Assembly (NCBI GenBank): GCA_965238005.1
Contig: OZ250165.1
Location: 2,624,001 to 2,688,000 of the forward strand
Source of the DNA: Longimicrobiales bacterium
GTDB taxonomy: Bacteria; Gemmatimonadota; Gemmatimonadetes; Longimicrobiales; Gaopeijiaceae
Length of the DNA: 64,000 nt
Reading direction: 5' to 3'
Shown here in pieces: positions 41,265 through 51,913 of this stretch. A program made the position numbers and the translations under genes. How positions within the stretch are numbered: the first letter of the stretch is position 1; each line of letters begins with the position of its first letter. Under the pieces are notes generated by a model. It made no database searches. It was given only the letters and a program-made list of their open reading frames with translations, and had not been told where the DNA came from.

Positions 41265-42584
41265 ATGATTCCGGTGGAGACCAGATACGCCGTCAACGCT
41301 GGGTCTTCGATTGCCTACCAGGTGGTCGGGGAGGGCTCACAGGATCTCGTCATGATCCCCGCTTTCGTGTCCAACTTGGAGGTCCAGTGGGAGATTCCCC
41401 CGATACGGCGTTTTCTCGAGCGGCTGGCTTCTTTTTCTCGACTGATCATCATGGACAAGCGGGGAACCGGACTCTCGGACCGAGTCCCGGTGGACCAGTT
41501 GCCCTCCCTTGAGGAGCGAGTCTCTGATGTTGTGGCGGTGATGGATGCGGCCGGCGTAGATCGCGCCACGCTGTTCGGCGTCGCGGAAGGTGGGGCGATG
41601 GGCGTCCTGCTCGCGGCAGACCATCCAAAGCGAGTTAACGGGCTCGTGCTATTCGGCTCCTATGCGAAGAAGGAGCGTGCAGCCGGTCAGCTAGACCAAC
41701 TGTCGGCTTTCGTGAAGCGGATTGAAGAGAACTGGGGGACCGGTAGCGTCTTTGCGGAGCGGAGCCAGAGCGTGGCGGATGACCCGGTTATGAAGAGCCT
41801 CCTTGCCAGATACGAGCGACACGCTGCGAGCCCACAGGCTGCCGCCGCCATTGTGCGCATGGGAGCGACCATCGACGTGACAGCGGCCCTCGGATCCGTA
41901 AACGCGCCCACCCTGGTACTCCACCGCCGCGGCGACCCAAACATCAAGATCTCGGGCGCCCGAGCATTGGCTGACGGTATCGGGGATGCACGCCTGATCG
42001 AGCTACCTGGCGTGGATCACATGCCATTCTTCGGTGACACTGATCAGTTGCTGTGTGAGCTCGAAGAGTTTGTCACCGGCACCAGACCGGAGCCGGAGCC
42101 AGACCGGCTTCTAGCCACCGTCTTGTTTATTGACATAGCAGGTTCCACGGAGATAGTGGGCCAGATCGGTGACCACCGGTGGCGGGACCTGCTAAGCTCA
42201 TTCTTCGCGACAACAAGGTCGAGCCTGAGTCATCACGCTGGTACCGAAGTCGATACAGCGGGCGATGGGTTGTTCGCGACCTTCAGAAGTCCCACGCAGG
42301 CGATACGGTGCGCCTGCGATATTCGGGACTCTGTGGGAGAGCTCGGCATCTCGATCCGTGCTGGGGTTCATGCCGGGGAGGTCGAGCGCCAGGGTCAGAA
42401 GATAGCCGGTCTAGCGGTTCATATCGGTGCGCGTGTTGCCGCTGCGGCCACCGCCGGTGAAGTTTGGGTCTCCCGGACCGTCCGTGATCTCGTGACCGGC
42501 TCAAGCATCGCGCTTGGGGATCGAGGACTTCACCAGCTCAAAGGGGTGTCGGAGTCCTGGCGACTATACGTTGTAGAGGACTAG
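41265..42584 (+). CDS. Alpha/beta-hydrolase-class III adenylate/guanylate cyclase fusion (LipJ-like)
   Basis: IAYQVVG, DKRGTGLSDR; cyclase TVLFIDIAGST, TAGDG, RAGVHAGE, GLAVHIGARV, LKG. Confidence 0.9.
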   Translation: MIPVETRYAVNAGSSIAYQVVGEGSQDLVMIPAFVSNLEVQWEIPPIRRFLERLASFSRLIIMDKRGTGLSDRVPVDQLPSLEERVSDVVAVMDAAGVDRATLFGVAEGGAMGVLLAADHPKRVNGLVLFGSYAKKERAAGQLDQLSAFVKRIEENWGTGSVFAERSQSVADDPVMKSLLARYERHAASPQAAAAIVRMGATIDVTAALGSVNAPTLVLHRRGDPNIKISGARALADGIGDARLIELPGVDHMPFFGDTDQLLCELEEFVTGTRPEPEPDRLLATVLFIDIAGSTEIVGQIGDHRWRDLLSSFFATTRSSLSHHAGTEVDTAGDGLFATFRSPTQAIRCACDIRDSVGELGISIRAGVHAGEVERQGQKIAGLAVHIGARVAAAATAGEVWVSRTVRDLVTGSSIALGDRGLHQLKGVSESWRLYVVED

Positions 42585-42787
42585 GATCGGCCGAAGTAGA
42601 CGGCCCAGACATTGTCGGTGATCGCGAAGTGGGGGATCAGACCCCGCCCACCTGACGAGTAACCAGGAAGGGACTCCCCATGAGAACGGTGCGTAATCGA
42701 GTAGATGGCTGAAGCTCGCCACGGACCGAACGGAGGGGAGGTTGCGATAAATGCCTGAAGCTGGCAACCGCGAGAAGGGCGGAGCTG

Positions 42788-43072
42788 TCAGGCGATTCGC
42801 CGTTCGCGGATTCGGCGCGTGTGCGAATGGCGCACTGCACCACCGCGACGGAGGAAGCCCATACGGCGGACCGCCTCACGCTGGTCGTCCTCTACAGGAA
42901 CCTCATCTATGCGACGGCTCCAGAAACGGCGTTCCTTTCTGATCCGTCTCTCTCCTCGGCTGCGCTTGTCCGGTCCTCGGCGGTCTTTGATCCGACGCTC
43001 TTGCTGATCTTCCATCCATCTTGCTGGTTCCATCCATCTCGTTCCTGTTTTTTGGGGAGACGACAAACCCAT
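42788..43072 (-). CDS. Small Arg-rich hypothetical protein with ERR/DRR repeats
   Basis: ORF with repeated (D/E)RR units; coding status uncertain. Confidence 0.35.
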   Translation of the reverse strand: MGLSSPQKTGTRWMEPARWMEDQQERRIKDRRGPDKRSRGERRIRKERRFWSRRIDEVPVEDDQREAVRRMGFLRRGGAVRHSHTRRIRERRIA

Positions 43073-43268
43073 GGCCGTGGTCAGGCCACGAAACCGTTCC
43101 TGCTGCTACCTAGCGTTTGGTCAGGATTCAATCTACGCGCCGACTCAGGCCGATGCCACGAGCCGGCAACCGCCAGAAGAGCAGCGGATTCGCTTGCCCC
43201 TAGTCCGGAGCGGGCGGTAGAATCAACACCAGTTAGAACGCAGGGAACCGCCAACCGCCCTCGGCCAA

Positions 43269-43703
43269 GTGAGACTTACCGTTGAAGAACACCGGGAGGC
43301 GATCAAGAGGTACGGCCACATCGAGCCGGCTCGCGGTTGGAAAACCATATTGTGCTCCTTGAGGTGCCCCGGCACTGCGCGCACCTGCTCGCGAATGAAG
43401 GGCCACGGGGGACCCCATGTCGCTCACGGCTTGCTCAAGAAGGTCGTAGCTGTATGGGATTCGGGCACTGGGGCTCAAGCGTCCGGGGAGGCGGTGAGAC
43501 ACGCTTCAGAAGCCAGGGCACGAAGCGGTCTCCGGCGTAGGAGACTAGCCGGTCTCCGGACTAAGAGACCAGTCGGGATCCTCGAGGCTCTCTGGGGCCG
43601 TGTCGTCCGCATTATGTCTTCCGTGGAGGAGATCGCCCTCCTCATCCTGTTCCTTGCATTTATAGGGTTCGCCATCCATTGGCTTCTACCGATTTCGGGA
43701 TAG
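43269..43703 (+). CDS. Hypothetical protein with C-terminal TM
   Basis: 144-aa ORF with C..C..C..H..H cluster and hydrophobic tail. Confidence 0.45.
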   Translation: MRLTVEEHREAIKRYGHIEPARGWKTILCSLRCPGTARTCSRMKGHGGPHVAHGLLKKVVAVWDSGTGAQASGEAVRHASEARARSGLRRRRLAGLRTKRPVGILEALWGRVVRIMSSVEEIALLILFLAFIGFAIHWLLPISG

Positions 43704-44057
43704 GCTGAACTCACTGTCCGGCGATCTGTCCGCCTCGCCCGGGGACGGAGCAGATCCACCGGCGGGTGGAGGAGCTGGATGAAGCGCTGATGGGTGAAGC
43801 CCCCAACCGCGAGAAGGACCCGCGGCCGATCCTCAGCTTCGTTCAGCTCCACGGGACGGGGACCGAGCAGATACATCGGCGGGTGGAGTCGCTGGACGAG
43901 ATCATGGAGAGGCTGGTAAATCATGGGTGAAGAAAGCCCGGGACCGCAGTCTTAGGCGCCCGAGGTCCCGCCTTGACCACCTGGTCGATCCGGGTGCACT
44001 ATACCCCCCTCGCCGCCGAAAATGACGCGGCGCGCCCCAATCCCCCGGGAGTCTCAG

Positions 44058-44594
44058 ATGCGCCACTTCGCCTTGAATATGTCGCTCATGGTCGCGCTCG
44101 TTCCCGTAGCCGCCTGCGCCCAGGACATGAGTCCGGAGGAGATGATCCGCAGCGCCGTGTCAGCTGGCCCCGCCTCCATCTCGGATGAGGCGGCCGTGTT
44201 GGACTGGAACATGAACGAGGTCCGCGCGGGCACCAACGGATGGACCTGCCTGCCCGACCGTCCGGATACGGAGGGCAATGATCCGTGGTGCGTGAACGAG
44301 CCCTGGCTCAACTTCCTCAGCGCGTATGTGAGTCAGACCGAGCCCACCTACTCCGAGATCGGGATGGCCTACATGCTGGTCGGCGATACCCCGGTCAGCA
44401 ACAGTGACCCGTACGCGACGGAACCCACCACGGAGGATGACTGGGTGACCGATCTCGGTGCGCATATGATGATGCTGATTCCGGGGCGATCCTACCTGGA
44501 GGGCATCTCGACCGATCATCGCAACGGCGGCCCGTGGGTGATGTGGCCCGACACCCCGTACGCGCATTTGATGATCCCGGTGGCCTCCCGGTAA
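44058..44594 (+). CDS. Secreted hypothetical protein
   Basis: Signal peptide; GTNGWTC, DPWC, AYML.GD, GPWVMWP.TPYAHLMIP; strong GC3 bias. Confidence 0.75.
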   Translation: MRHFALNMSLMVALVPVAACAQDMSPEEMIRSAVSAGPASISDEAAVLDWNMNEVRAGTNGWTCLPDRPDTEGNDPWCVNEPWLNFLSAYVSQTEPTYSEIGMAYMLVGDTPVSNSDPYATEPTTEDDWVTDLGAHMMMLIPGRSYLEGISTDHRNGGPWVMWPDTPYAHLMIPVASR

Positions 44595-45148
44595 CCCCTT
44601 TTTCCGAATCACTGGCCGGTGACCCGCTGCTTCCGGCCAGTAGCGTTCACTCACCCTGGGCCCCGCGACTTTCGTCGGCGACGCCAGCCTCGGCCGGACC
44701 GAGGTATACGCGCGGCCGTTCCGAGTGTGGGCAGGGCCACGATCGAGGGCGGCAAGCACTGAGGGACGACCAGGACGAGACTCGGTTGGTGGTCCGTGGG
44801 GTGACGACATCCGCGCGGTCAAGACCGAGGCTTTCCTCCACTATGACCAAGTAGTTGCCGTGGATGAGCATGGTGACGCATACCACCCTGGGCCTCACCT
44901 GATCGTCGATTTCGAGGGTCGAGATGACCCATTCAAGCGCGGTCGTAGGTCCCTACTTCTTCCGGGGGGCACGCGAGAGGCAGTAGACCTCTATGAGCCG
45001 CATTCGTTCTTCCCAAAGGTTCTTCCCGAAGTAAGCCAGGAAGAGCTCAATGCGGCGGTGGAAGAGCAGTCAAAGAGAGGGCAAGAGTAGGACTCTGCCA
45101 GTCGCCGCGAACTCAGACGGAAGACGGGTACCATCCGGGAGAATCAAA

Positions 45149-45982
45149 CTAGACCGCATCCTCCATGTCGGTCGTGGCGATGGGTTCCTCTTTGGCCATC
45201 GTTTCTCCTACCTTCCTGCGCTCTTCCACCACATCGTCCCTGAATAGAAGGTCCATCAACCGCCAATAGGGAGTCACAGCCACGATGCCAGCGTGCTCCA
45301 CACCCTTACCCTTACCCGTGATCCTCCGTAGGTGACCCCAATCCACCCCGAGTATCTTCTGGCCCCCACCGATCACGTTGTCCTTATGGGTCATCACAGG
45401 CGACCCGCTGGGTCCAGAACGCGACCGCATCTCTACAAGGATCGTTTCGCTAAACGCGTCCATGTCTTCGTTCCACACGGGGTCCTTCGGGATCATCGAT
45501 ATATTCCCGAACCGGACGGTCGGCGTATTAGACTCTTTCCCTGGGTGCCCGAACAACCGACCGAACATGAAGACCGGATCTCCGATTCCGTAGTGGCCGT
45601 CCTGCCATGTCTCATCGATCCCCCCCAGATGTAGCGATTGCAGTTTGAGGGTCCTAAACGGAAGCCGGAGTACGCAAAAAGCCAGGTCATCTTGAAGCCC
45701 CTCGCCGTACGGAAGCGGGTAATGCCACGGGTGGATGTCACCGAGGGAGAAGGCCCGGAATCCGCCGTCCACGTGGTTGATCCTCGCCGTACTTGATCCC
45801 CCATCGACCACATGCTTCGCCGTCACCGCGTAGGCGACTTGATCCATACCGTCTCTGCCCTCAATGGGCACGGCCAGAGCGAAAGCCGTCTCTCCGCCGT
45901 GGCGTGAATCCGTCTCAGCCGCCTCCTCTGACTTGTAGAGATAGAAACAGCATTCAAGGATTTCTGGGTCAATCGACGGCAC
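45149..45982 (-). CDS. Trypsin-like serine protease domain protein
   Basis: VTAKHVV (His), DDLA (Asp), SGPSGSPV (Ser); GGAGG before GTG. Confidence 0.65.
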   Translation of the reverse strand: MPSIDPEILECCFYLYKSEEAAETDSRHGGETAFALAVPIEGRDGMDQVAYAVTAKHVVDGGSSTARINHVDGGFRAFSLGDIHPWHYPLPYGEGLQDDLAFCVLRLPFRTLKLQSLHLGGIDETWQDGHYGIGDPVFMFGRLFGHPGKESNTPTVRFGNISMIPKDPVWNEDMDAFSETILVEMRSRSGPSGSPVMTHKDNVIGGGQKILGVDWGHLRRITGKGKGVEHAGIVAVTPYWRLMDLLFRDDVVEERRKVGETMAKEEPIATTDMEDAV

Positions 45983-46399
45983 GCTTCGCCTCCACACCCA
46001 CGACAGTGTCCCGCATTCAGTAATGCTCGCAAGGCGATAGTATGGGTGGCGCCGGCCAGCGCCAACAAGGGGAGAATCATTCCCACTCGGTGGCGCCAAA
46101 CCCGACCCACCTGAGAGCGGTGCCGGGTGGCGCCAACCCGTTTAGCGTCCATTACAGCAACCGACACCTAGTGCCTCCCACTCCGGGCCGTCATTTTGCT
46201 ACATGCGCCGTGTGTTCTGGTTATTCGTGATTCTGGTCGGGTACTACTTGTTCGTTAGCTGATCCGCCCGTGCATTTGTCCCCCGGGGTCGGGTCCGTCT
46301 TCACTGCCCGTGAGACCCTGGCCTCCACCTCATCGGCGGTCAGACTCCCGTGCTCATCGAGATCCCTTGCTACATCCATCGTGGCGTGGAAGAGGCGCT

Positions 46400-46833
46400 C
46401 GGGCTCGATGAGCGCCAGGCTAAGCACTTCCCCCACGGAGGCATTCGGTGGAGGGCCGAAACGGACAAAACTGGACGCTATACCGTGACGCCGATCCGAC
46501 TGGACGTTCGCGAGGCGATGGATGCCTACCTGCGGCAAAATCCGACGGGTGGGGGACGTGCCGCTGTTCCCAGCCCCGAAGGATGACAGCAAGGCCATCC
46601 GCCGAGACCTTGCCGCCCGGTGGCTCCTCAAGGCCGAGCAACTCGCCGAACTCCCCGAGTTGGCTGGCGGGCAGTTCCACCCGTATCGCCGGCTGTGGGC
46701 TACTGAACGGAAGAATCTACCAGTTCAGGACGTGGCGGCTGCCGGTGGATGGAAAAGCATGGAGACGGTGCAGCGGCTCTACCAGCAGGCGGACGGGGCA
46801 ACCACACTGGCGGCGGTGGAGGCCGGAGAGTGA
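46400..46833 (+). pseudogene. Tyrosine integrase C-terminal remnant, frameshifted
   Basis: WRAETDKTG in one frame, then FHPYRR (HxxR), AGGW, LYQQ (Tyr) in another; shift near the G-run at ~46547-46555; adjacent to att; left boundary approximate. Confidence 0.8.
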
Positions 46834-46951
46834 CGCAGGACCTCCTTTTCTTGTGTCCCCGTGGGATGCAAACGGGATGCAATTGAGAAAAGAGGCGGAA
46901 AACGGAACAGCACGAAAAGCTCCATAAGCCGCCTGTTTACTAGGTTCCTGG

Positions 46952-46998
46952 CAAGTGGGCGGTGGCAGATTCGAACTGCCGACCTCCTGGGTGTAAAG
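46952..46998 (-). repeat. att repeat: 3' half of tRNA-Val(TAC)
   Basis: Identical to 34806-34852; upstream sequence cannot form anticodon, D or acceptor stems. Confidence 0.85.
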
Positions 46999-47135
46999 CC
47001 GGATGGATGAACCACGGTTTTCGCAATTCTCAAGGGGGAATAAGGGAATCGTTCACTATTCCCGAGTACGATTTTCGGACCATACACGGGGTTAGAGTAC
47101 GCTAACGTGCACACCAACGTGCACACTTTTCAGAT

Positions 47136-47159
47136 GGGGAGGGGCTTCGGCCTCTCCCC
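47136..47159. terminator. GC-rich hairpin with cUUCGg loop
   Basis: ggggaggggc-ttcg-gcctctcccc downstream of the cusA-like gene. Confidence 0.45.
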
Positions 47160-47284
47160 TTCGCATTTGGCCGGGCTCGAATTCCGGACTGGTCGGCAAT
47201 CGTAGCGCGAAGACCATCGGTGACGTGACGTTGGAGCAGACCGTGGCGGTGGAAGTAACGGAGCACGCGGTGTCGTCTGAAAGC

Positions 47285-50200
47285 TCAGATCTCTTGTGCT
47301 CTAGGTTCGAAGCCGCGCTCACCACCCCCCTCTTTCACCCCTCCATACCGGAGGAATAGCACGGGCACCACCACCATGTTCAGGGCCAGTGACGTGAGGA
47401 GTCCGCCCAGCACCACAACCGCCATCGGACTCTGGATCTCGTTTCCTGGCTCCCCTCCGGACAGCGCCAGAGGCAGGAGGGCCAGTCCTGCGCAGAGGGC
47501 CGTCATCATGATCGGGCTCAAGCGTTCCATGGAGCCCTGGACCACGGCCTGGCGAAGCGGCACACGCTCCTTGAGGAGGTGGTTGTAGTGGCTCACCATA
47601 AGAATCCCATTCCGGATGGCGATTCCAAAGAGGGTGATGAAGCCTACCAGCGTCGCGACATTGAGCACGCCGCCGGTGAGCCACACGGCGAGTATCCCCC
47701 CCACCAGGGCCAATGGCAGATTCACCATGACGAGGAGAGCCTGCCGTATGGAGGCGAACTCGACGAAGAGGAGCAGGAAGATGGCAGCCAGGGAGAGCAG
47801 GCTCATGAGCCCAATGGTGCGGGTGGCGTCACCCGCGGCTTCGAACTGACCACCGTACTCGATATAGTAGCCCGAGGGCAGATCGACCTCCGCCTCCACT
47901 CGCTCCCGAATGTCCTCCACCACGCTCCCCACGTCCCGGCCCGCAACGTTCGACTGGACCACAATCTTCCGCTGAACGTTCTCACGGGAGATGGCGTTGG
48001 GGCCCATGTCAAAACGAACGTCGGCCAGCGTCGTCAATGTGACGAACGAGCCAACAGGTGTGTTGAGCCGCGCGTCGCGCACGGCCTCGAGGCTCCCTCT
48101 GTACTCCGGGGCGAAGCGGACCACGAGATCGAACGCCCGCCGCTCCTCTAAGACCTGAGAGACCGCCTCTCCGGCAAACGCAACGTCAACCGCCTCGGCC
48201 AGGTGCTCGGGCGTAACGCCGAAGCGCGCCATGGCAAGTCGCTTCATCTCCACACGGATCTGGGGGACGTCTGCCTGTTGCTCCATGGCGACGTCCACCG
48301 TGCCCTCGACTCCCTCAGCCACGGACTCGATCTGCCTTGCCAGCCGTCGAAGCTCATACAGGTCGGGGCCAAAGATCTTCACGGCGATGCTGGCCCGCGT
48401 CCCCGACAGCATGTGGTCAATCCGGTGGCCGATGGGCTGGCCGATCGTGATCTGGGTTCCTGGTACGGCAGCCAGGCCTGCGCGGAGCTCTTCCAGGATC
48501 GCGTCGTATTCATAGTCGGCCAGGTCGAGGCGCGCGTCGATCTCGGCGGCGTTGACCCCCTGCGCGTGCTCGTTGAGTTCGGCTCTGCCCGTTCGGCGAG
48601 CCGTCTCCACCACTGCGGGATGGGCAAGGAGGATCCGCTCGATCCTCCGGCCGAAGGCGTCGGATTCGTCAAGAGATGTGCCCGGGATTGTGAGGGCGCT
48701 GATCACAAGCGAGCGCTCCTGGAATTCCGGTAGAAAGGAGCGACCCAGGAACGGAACGACCGCCAATGACGCCACCGCGAGCGCAGCGGCACCCGTCATT
48801 ACTAGCCCTGGATGTCGGAGGACAGGATCTAGCGTCGCCGCGTAGGCTCGCTTCAGCGTTTGCACGGTCCAGGTCTCCTCCTCCTTCTCGACGGCCTTCG
48901 AGCGCGTCAAGAGATAAGCGGAGAGAGCCGGCGTCACGGTGAGCGCCACCACCAGAGACGCGAGGATCGAGACCATGTAGGCCAGTCCAAGGGGCCGCAG
49001 CATGCGACCCTCGATCCCCGAAAGGAAGAGGATCGGCACGAACACCACGATGATAATCAGCGTGGCGATGACGATGCTGGTCAGGATCTCCTTCGACGCT
49101 TCGAAAACCACGGTGTTGACCGGTCTGCGCCCCTCTTGAGGCATGTGGTGGTTTTCTCTCAGGCGCCGGAAGACATTCTCGACCACGATGACCGCATCGT
49201 CCACGAGTGCCCCGATGGCGATGGCCATACCGCCCAGGGTCATGGTGTTGATGGTGATATCCAGCATCTTCAGCGCAAACACCGTGGTGATCAGCGAGAG
49301 TGGGATGGCCACCACCGAGATGAACGTGGTTCGGAAGCTCCAGAGGAACAGGAAGAGGATGAGGATAACCAGGATCGATCCGTCACGGAGCGCCTCCATG
49401 ACGTTATCCACCGCTGTCTCTATGAAGCTGGCCTGCCGGAAAATGCCGCGGTTGATCTCCATTCCGGGCGGGAGGCTCTGCTCGATGTCGGCCAGCTCCT
49501 GATCGATTCTCTCCGTGAGCTCCAGCGTGTTCGTGTTGGGTTGCTTTTGAATCGTGAGGATGACGGCCCGGCTGGCGTTGGCGGATCCGTCACCCAGGCG
49601 GGTGGCAGGCCCAATCCTCACCTCAGCCACGTCGCCAACGGTGACGGGCGTGCCCTCCCGTACGGCTAGCACGGTCTGCGCGATGTCGTCGAGGTGCTGA
49701 ACACGCCCGGTCGCACGGATGAGGTATTCCTGTCCCCGGTCCATGAACACGCCACCGGATGCGTTCACATTGGACCCCTCAGCCGCCCGCAGTACGTCTT
49801 CGAGCGTCACATCGAAGGCCTCCAGCCGGACAGGGTCGACCAGAACCTGGTACTGCTTCACCTCGCCCCCCAGGGGGACTACCTGCGCCACTCCCGGAAC
49901 CGCCAGAAGACGTCGGCGGATCGTCCAGTCGGCCACGGAACGCATGTCCATAGGGGATACGGACGCGTCCCCTGTCACCGCGATGAGCATGATCTCGCCC
50001 ATGATGGACGAGATCGGGGCCAGTGTGGGGTTTCCCACCCCGCCTGGGAGCCCCGATGCGACAAGCTGAAGCTTTTCGTTCACGATCTGACGGGCCCGGA
50101 AAATGTCGGTACCCCAGTCGAATTCCACCCAGACAATGCTGATCCCCTGTGAAGTGGCGGAGCGGACCCGGCGCACTCCGGTAGCGCCGTTCACCGCCGT

Positions 50201-50410
50201 CTCGACCGGGAAGGTGACGAGGGTCTCCACCTCCTCGGGCGCCATCCCGTGGGCTTCCGTCAGAACCGTTACCGTGGGGGCCGTAAGATCCGGGAAAACG
50301 TCCACCGGCATACGGATAGCAATAATGGTTCCGGCCACCAGAAGGAGGCCGGCCGCGACCAACACCAGGAAGCGATTGTCGATGGACCAACCGATCATAC
50401 GGTCTAGCAT
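47285..50410 (-). CDS. Heavy-metal RND efflux permease (CusA/CzcA family)
   Basis: PVDVFPD, APEEVE, GALVDDAVIVVEN, TGRAE, GFITLFGIAIRNGIL, ERLSPIMMTA. Confidence 0.93.
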   Translation of the reverse strand: MLDRMIGWSIDNRFLVLVAAGLLLVAGTIIAIRMPVDVFPDLTAPTVTVLTEAHGMAPEEVETLVTFPVETAVNGATGVRRVRSATSQGISIVWVEFDWGTDIFRARQIVNEKLQLVASGLPGGVGNPTLAPISSIMGEIMLIAVTGDASVSPMDMRSVADWTIRRRLLAVPGVAQVVPLGGEVKQYQVLVDPVRLEAFDVTLEDVLRAAEGSNVNASGGVFMDRGQEYLIRATGRVQHLDDIAQTVLAVREGTPVTVGDVAEVRIGPATRLGDGSANASRAVILTIQKQPNTNTLELTERIDQELADIEQSLPPGMEINRGIFRQASFIETAVDNVMEALRDGSILVILILFLFLWSFRTTFISVVAIPLSLITTVFALKMLDITINTMTLGGMAIAIGALVDDAVIVVENVFRRLRENHHMPQEGRRPVNTVVFEASKEILTSIVIATLIIIVVFVPILFLSGIEGRMLRPLGLAYMVSILASLVVALTVTPALSAYLLTRSKAVEKEEETWTVQTLKRAYAATLDPVLRHPGLVMTGAAALAVASLAVVPFLGRSFLPEFQERSLVISALTIPGTSLDESDAFGRRIERILLAHPAVVETARRTGRAELNEHAQGVNAAEIDARLDLADYEYDAILEELRAGLAAVPGTQITIGQPIGHRIDHMLSGTRASIAVKIFGPDLYELRRLARQIESVAEGVEGTVDVAMEQQADVPQIRVEMKRLAMARFGVTPEHLAEAVDVAFAGEAVSQVLEERRAFDLVVRFAPEYRGSLEAVRDARLNTPVGSFVTLTTLADVRFDMGPNAISRENVQRKIVVQSNVAGRDVGSVVEDIRERVEAEVDLPSGYYIEYGGQFEAAGDATRTIGLMSLLSLAAIFLLLFVEFASIRQALLVMVNLPLALVGGILAVWLTGGVLNVATLVGFITLFGIAIRNGILMVSHYNHLLKERVPLRQAVVQGSMERLSPIMMTALCAGLALLPLALSGGEPGNEIQSPMAVVVLGGLLTSLALNMVVVPVLFLRYGGVKEGGGERGFEPRAQEI

Positions 50411-50422
50411 CGTCGTCCCCCC

Positions 50423-51913
50423 TTAGTGGGCGTGGCCGCCGGCGAAGTCACCGCCAGACAGTGAAGCGAGCCGGACCTGATAGGCGCCTACGGTCACAAC
50501 CATCTCCCCGAGGCTGAGCCCTGCTAGCACTTGCGTTCGAATGCCGTCGCGTTCGCCGAGCGTGAGGCTCCGGCGTGCGAAGGTCTCGCCGCCAGTCTGC
50601 ACGTATGCCACCGGGGTCCCATTGTCATCCAGGATGACCTCGTTCGGAACGGCGATGCCCCTCACCGTGCCGCCGATCGGGACGGTCGCCCGGGCCAGCT
50701 GGCCGAAGGTGAAGAGCCCCCCAGCCTCTTCCACCTCGAACACCACGGGTACGGTCCGCGTCTGACGGTTCATGACCGCTCCCACCGACAGGAGTCGGGA
50801 CGTGTGGAAGACGTCGTCTGAGTCCTCCGTTGTGAAGGTGGCTCCGGTAGCGTTGGCGACTTTCGTTGCCGTCGTGGCAGACATCTGGACCCGGAGCCAC
50901 GCCGTTGCGGGATTCACGATCGTAAAGAGCGGCTCCCCAGCCTCTACACGCCCCCCAGGCAGGAAGCTTCGATTGGCTATCACCCCAGAGATGGGGGCCC
51001 GGAGACTCAGTCGGTAGACGCCATCCGTAACCCCACCTATGGCGTCCAGTTCGGCCCGAGCGATCTCCAAGTCGTGACGGGACTCCTCAAGGCGCTTGCC
51101 GGCGATGGCCCCGGCCGCGAAAAGCCGTTCGCTCCGCTCCACCTCGCGTTGCAGCCGTTCTACTTGCCCGCGCGACTGGGCAAACCCGCCGCCCTGAGCG
51201 GTGGGAGCGAGGACGACGAGAATCTGTCCCTCACGAACCCTCTCACCCACCGATGGCGCGTCACGGTTCTCATCGGCAGGTGCGATCCCGTCCACTAGCG
51301 CGCTCACCCCGACGAGCGCACCATCGGGCGGGACGATCTCAGCGGGACCCGTGACGGTCCGCTGGACCTCGTGCTCATCCAGCGGGTGAACTGCAAAGGG
51401 GATCACCCACTGCTGTTCCTTCAAGAAGGAGATCCCACCCTCGTCCTCCACCGCCTCGGCCATGAGGGCCTCCTCGACACTGGAGTAGACGCGGACCTGC
51501 GCGAGGATATGCTGGCTGTTCACCTGCGGGCTGGTGAGCACCAGCTCCACGCGGTAGAGACCGGGCTGCCGCACTACCGGATCCACGAGGAAGATCCCGT
51601 CCCGAGTCGGGGCATCCACTTGGAACGTCTCGGCCGTGGCCTGGTCATTTACGAAGTTGACCGTCAGAGTCCCTGAGCGAATGGGCTTGAAGTCCTCCAT
51701 ATCGGTGAGGTGGATAGCCCAATTGCCCGTCTGTTCCCCGGCAACCACGTGGGGATACTCGAGGAAGAGCTCAGTGGAGTCATTCCACTGAGTCACCACG
51801 ACCGCACCGATCTCTGGCTCGAGCTCGCCCTCCGCGTCGCCGCATGCGCTAGCCAGCAGGATCGTCGCGGCCATCAGCGTCTTGAACTCGGCTTGAACTC
51901 TCTTGGCGATCAT
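50423..51913 (-). CDS. RND periplasmic adaptor (CzcB/CusB-like) lipoprotein
   Basis: ASAC lipobox, ELFLEYP, LRAPISG, TRTV, C-terminal GHAH. Confidence 0.88.
   Translation of the reverse strand: MIAKRVQAEFKTLMAATILLASACGDAEGELEPEIGAVVVTQWNDSTELFLEYPHVVAGEQTGNWAIHLTDMEDFKPIRSGTLTVNFVNDQATAETFQVDAPTRDGIFLVDPVVRQPGLYRVELVLTSPQVNSQHILAQVRVYSSVEEALMAEAVEDEGGISFLKEQQWVIPFAVHPLDEHEVQRTVTGPAEIVPPDGALVGVSALVDGIAPADENRDAPSVGERVREGQILVVLAPTAQGGGFAQSRGQVERLQREVERSERLFAAGAIAGKRLEESRHDLEIARAELDAIGGVTDGVYRLSLRAPISGVIANRSFLPGGRVEAGEPLFTIVNPATAWLRVQMSATTATKVANATGATFTTEDSDDVFHTSRLLSVGAVMNRQTRTVPVVFEVEEAGGLFTFGQLARATVPIGGTVRGIAVPNEVILDDNGTPVAYVQTGGETFARRSLTLGERDGIRTQVLAGLSLGEMVVTVGAYQVRLASLSGGDFAGGHAH

Larger units (their letters stand above)
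34806..46998. mobile_element. ~12.2-kb tRNA-Val-targeted integrative element (degenerate)
   Basis: 47-bp direct repeats at both ends, integrase remnant next to the right att, shared 18-bp arm-type repeat inside each end. Confidence 0.8.
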
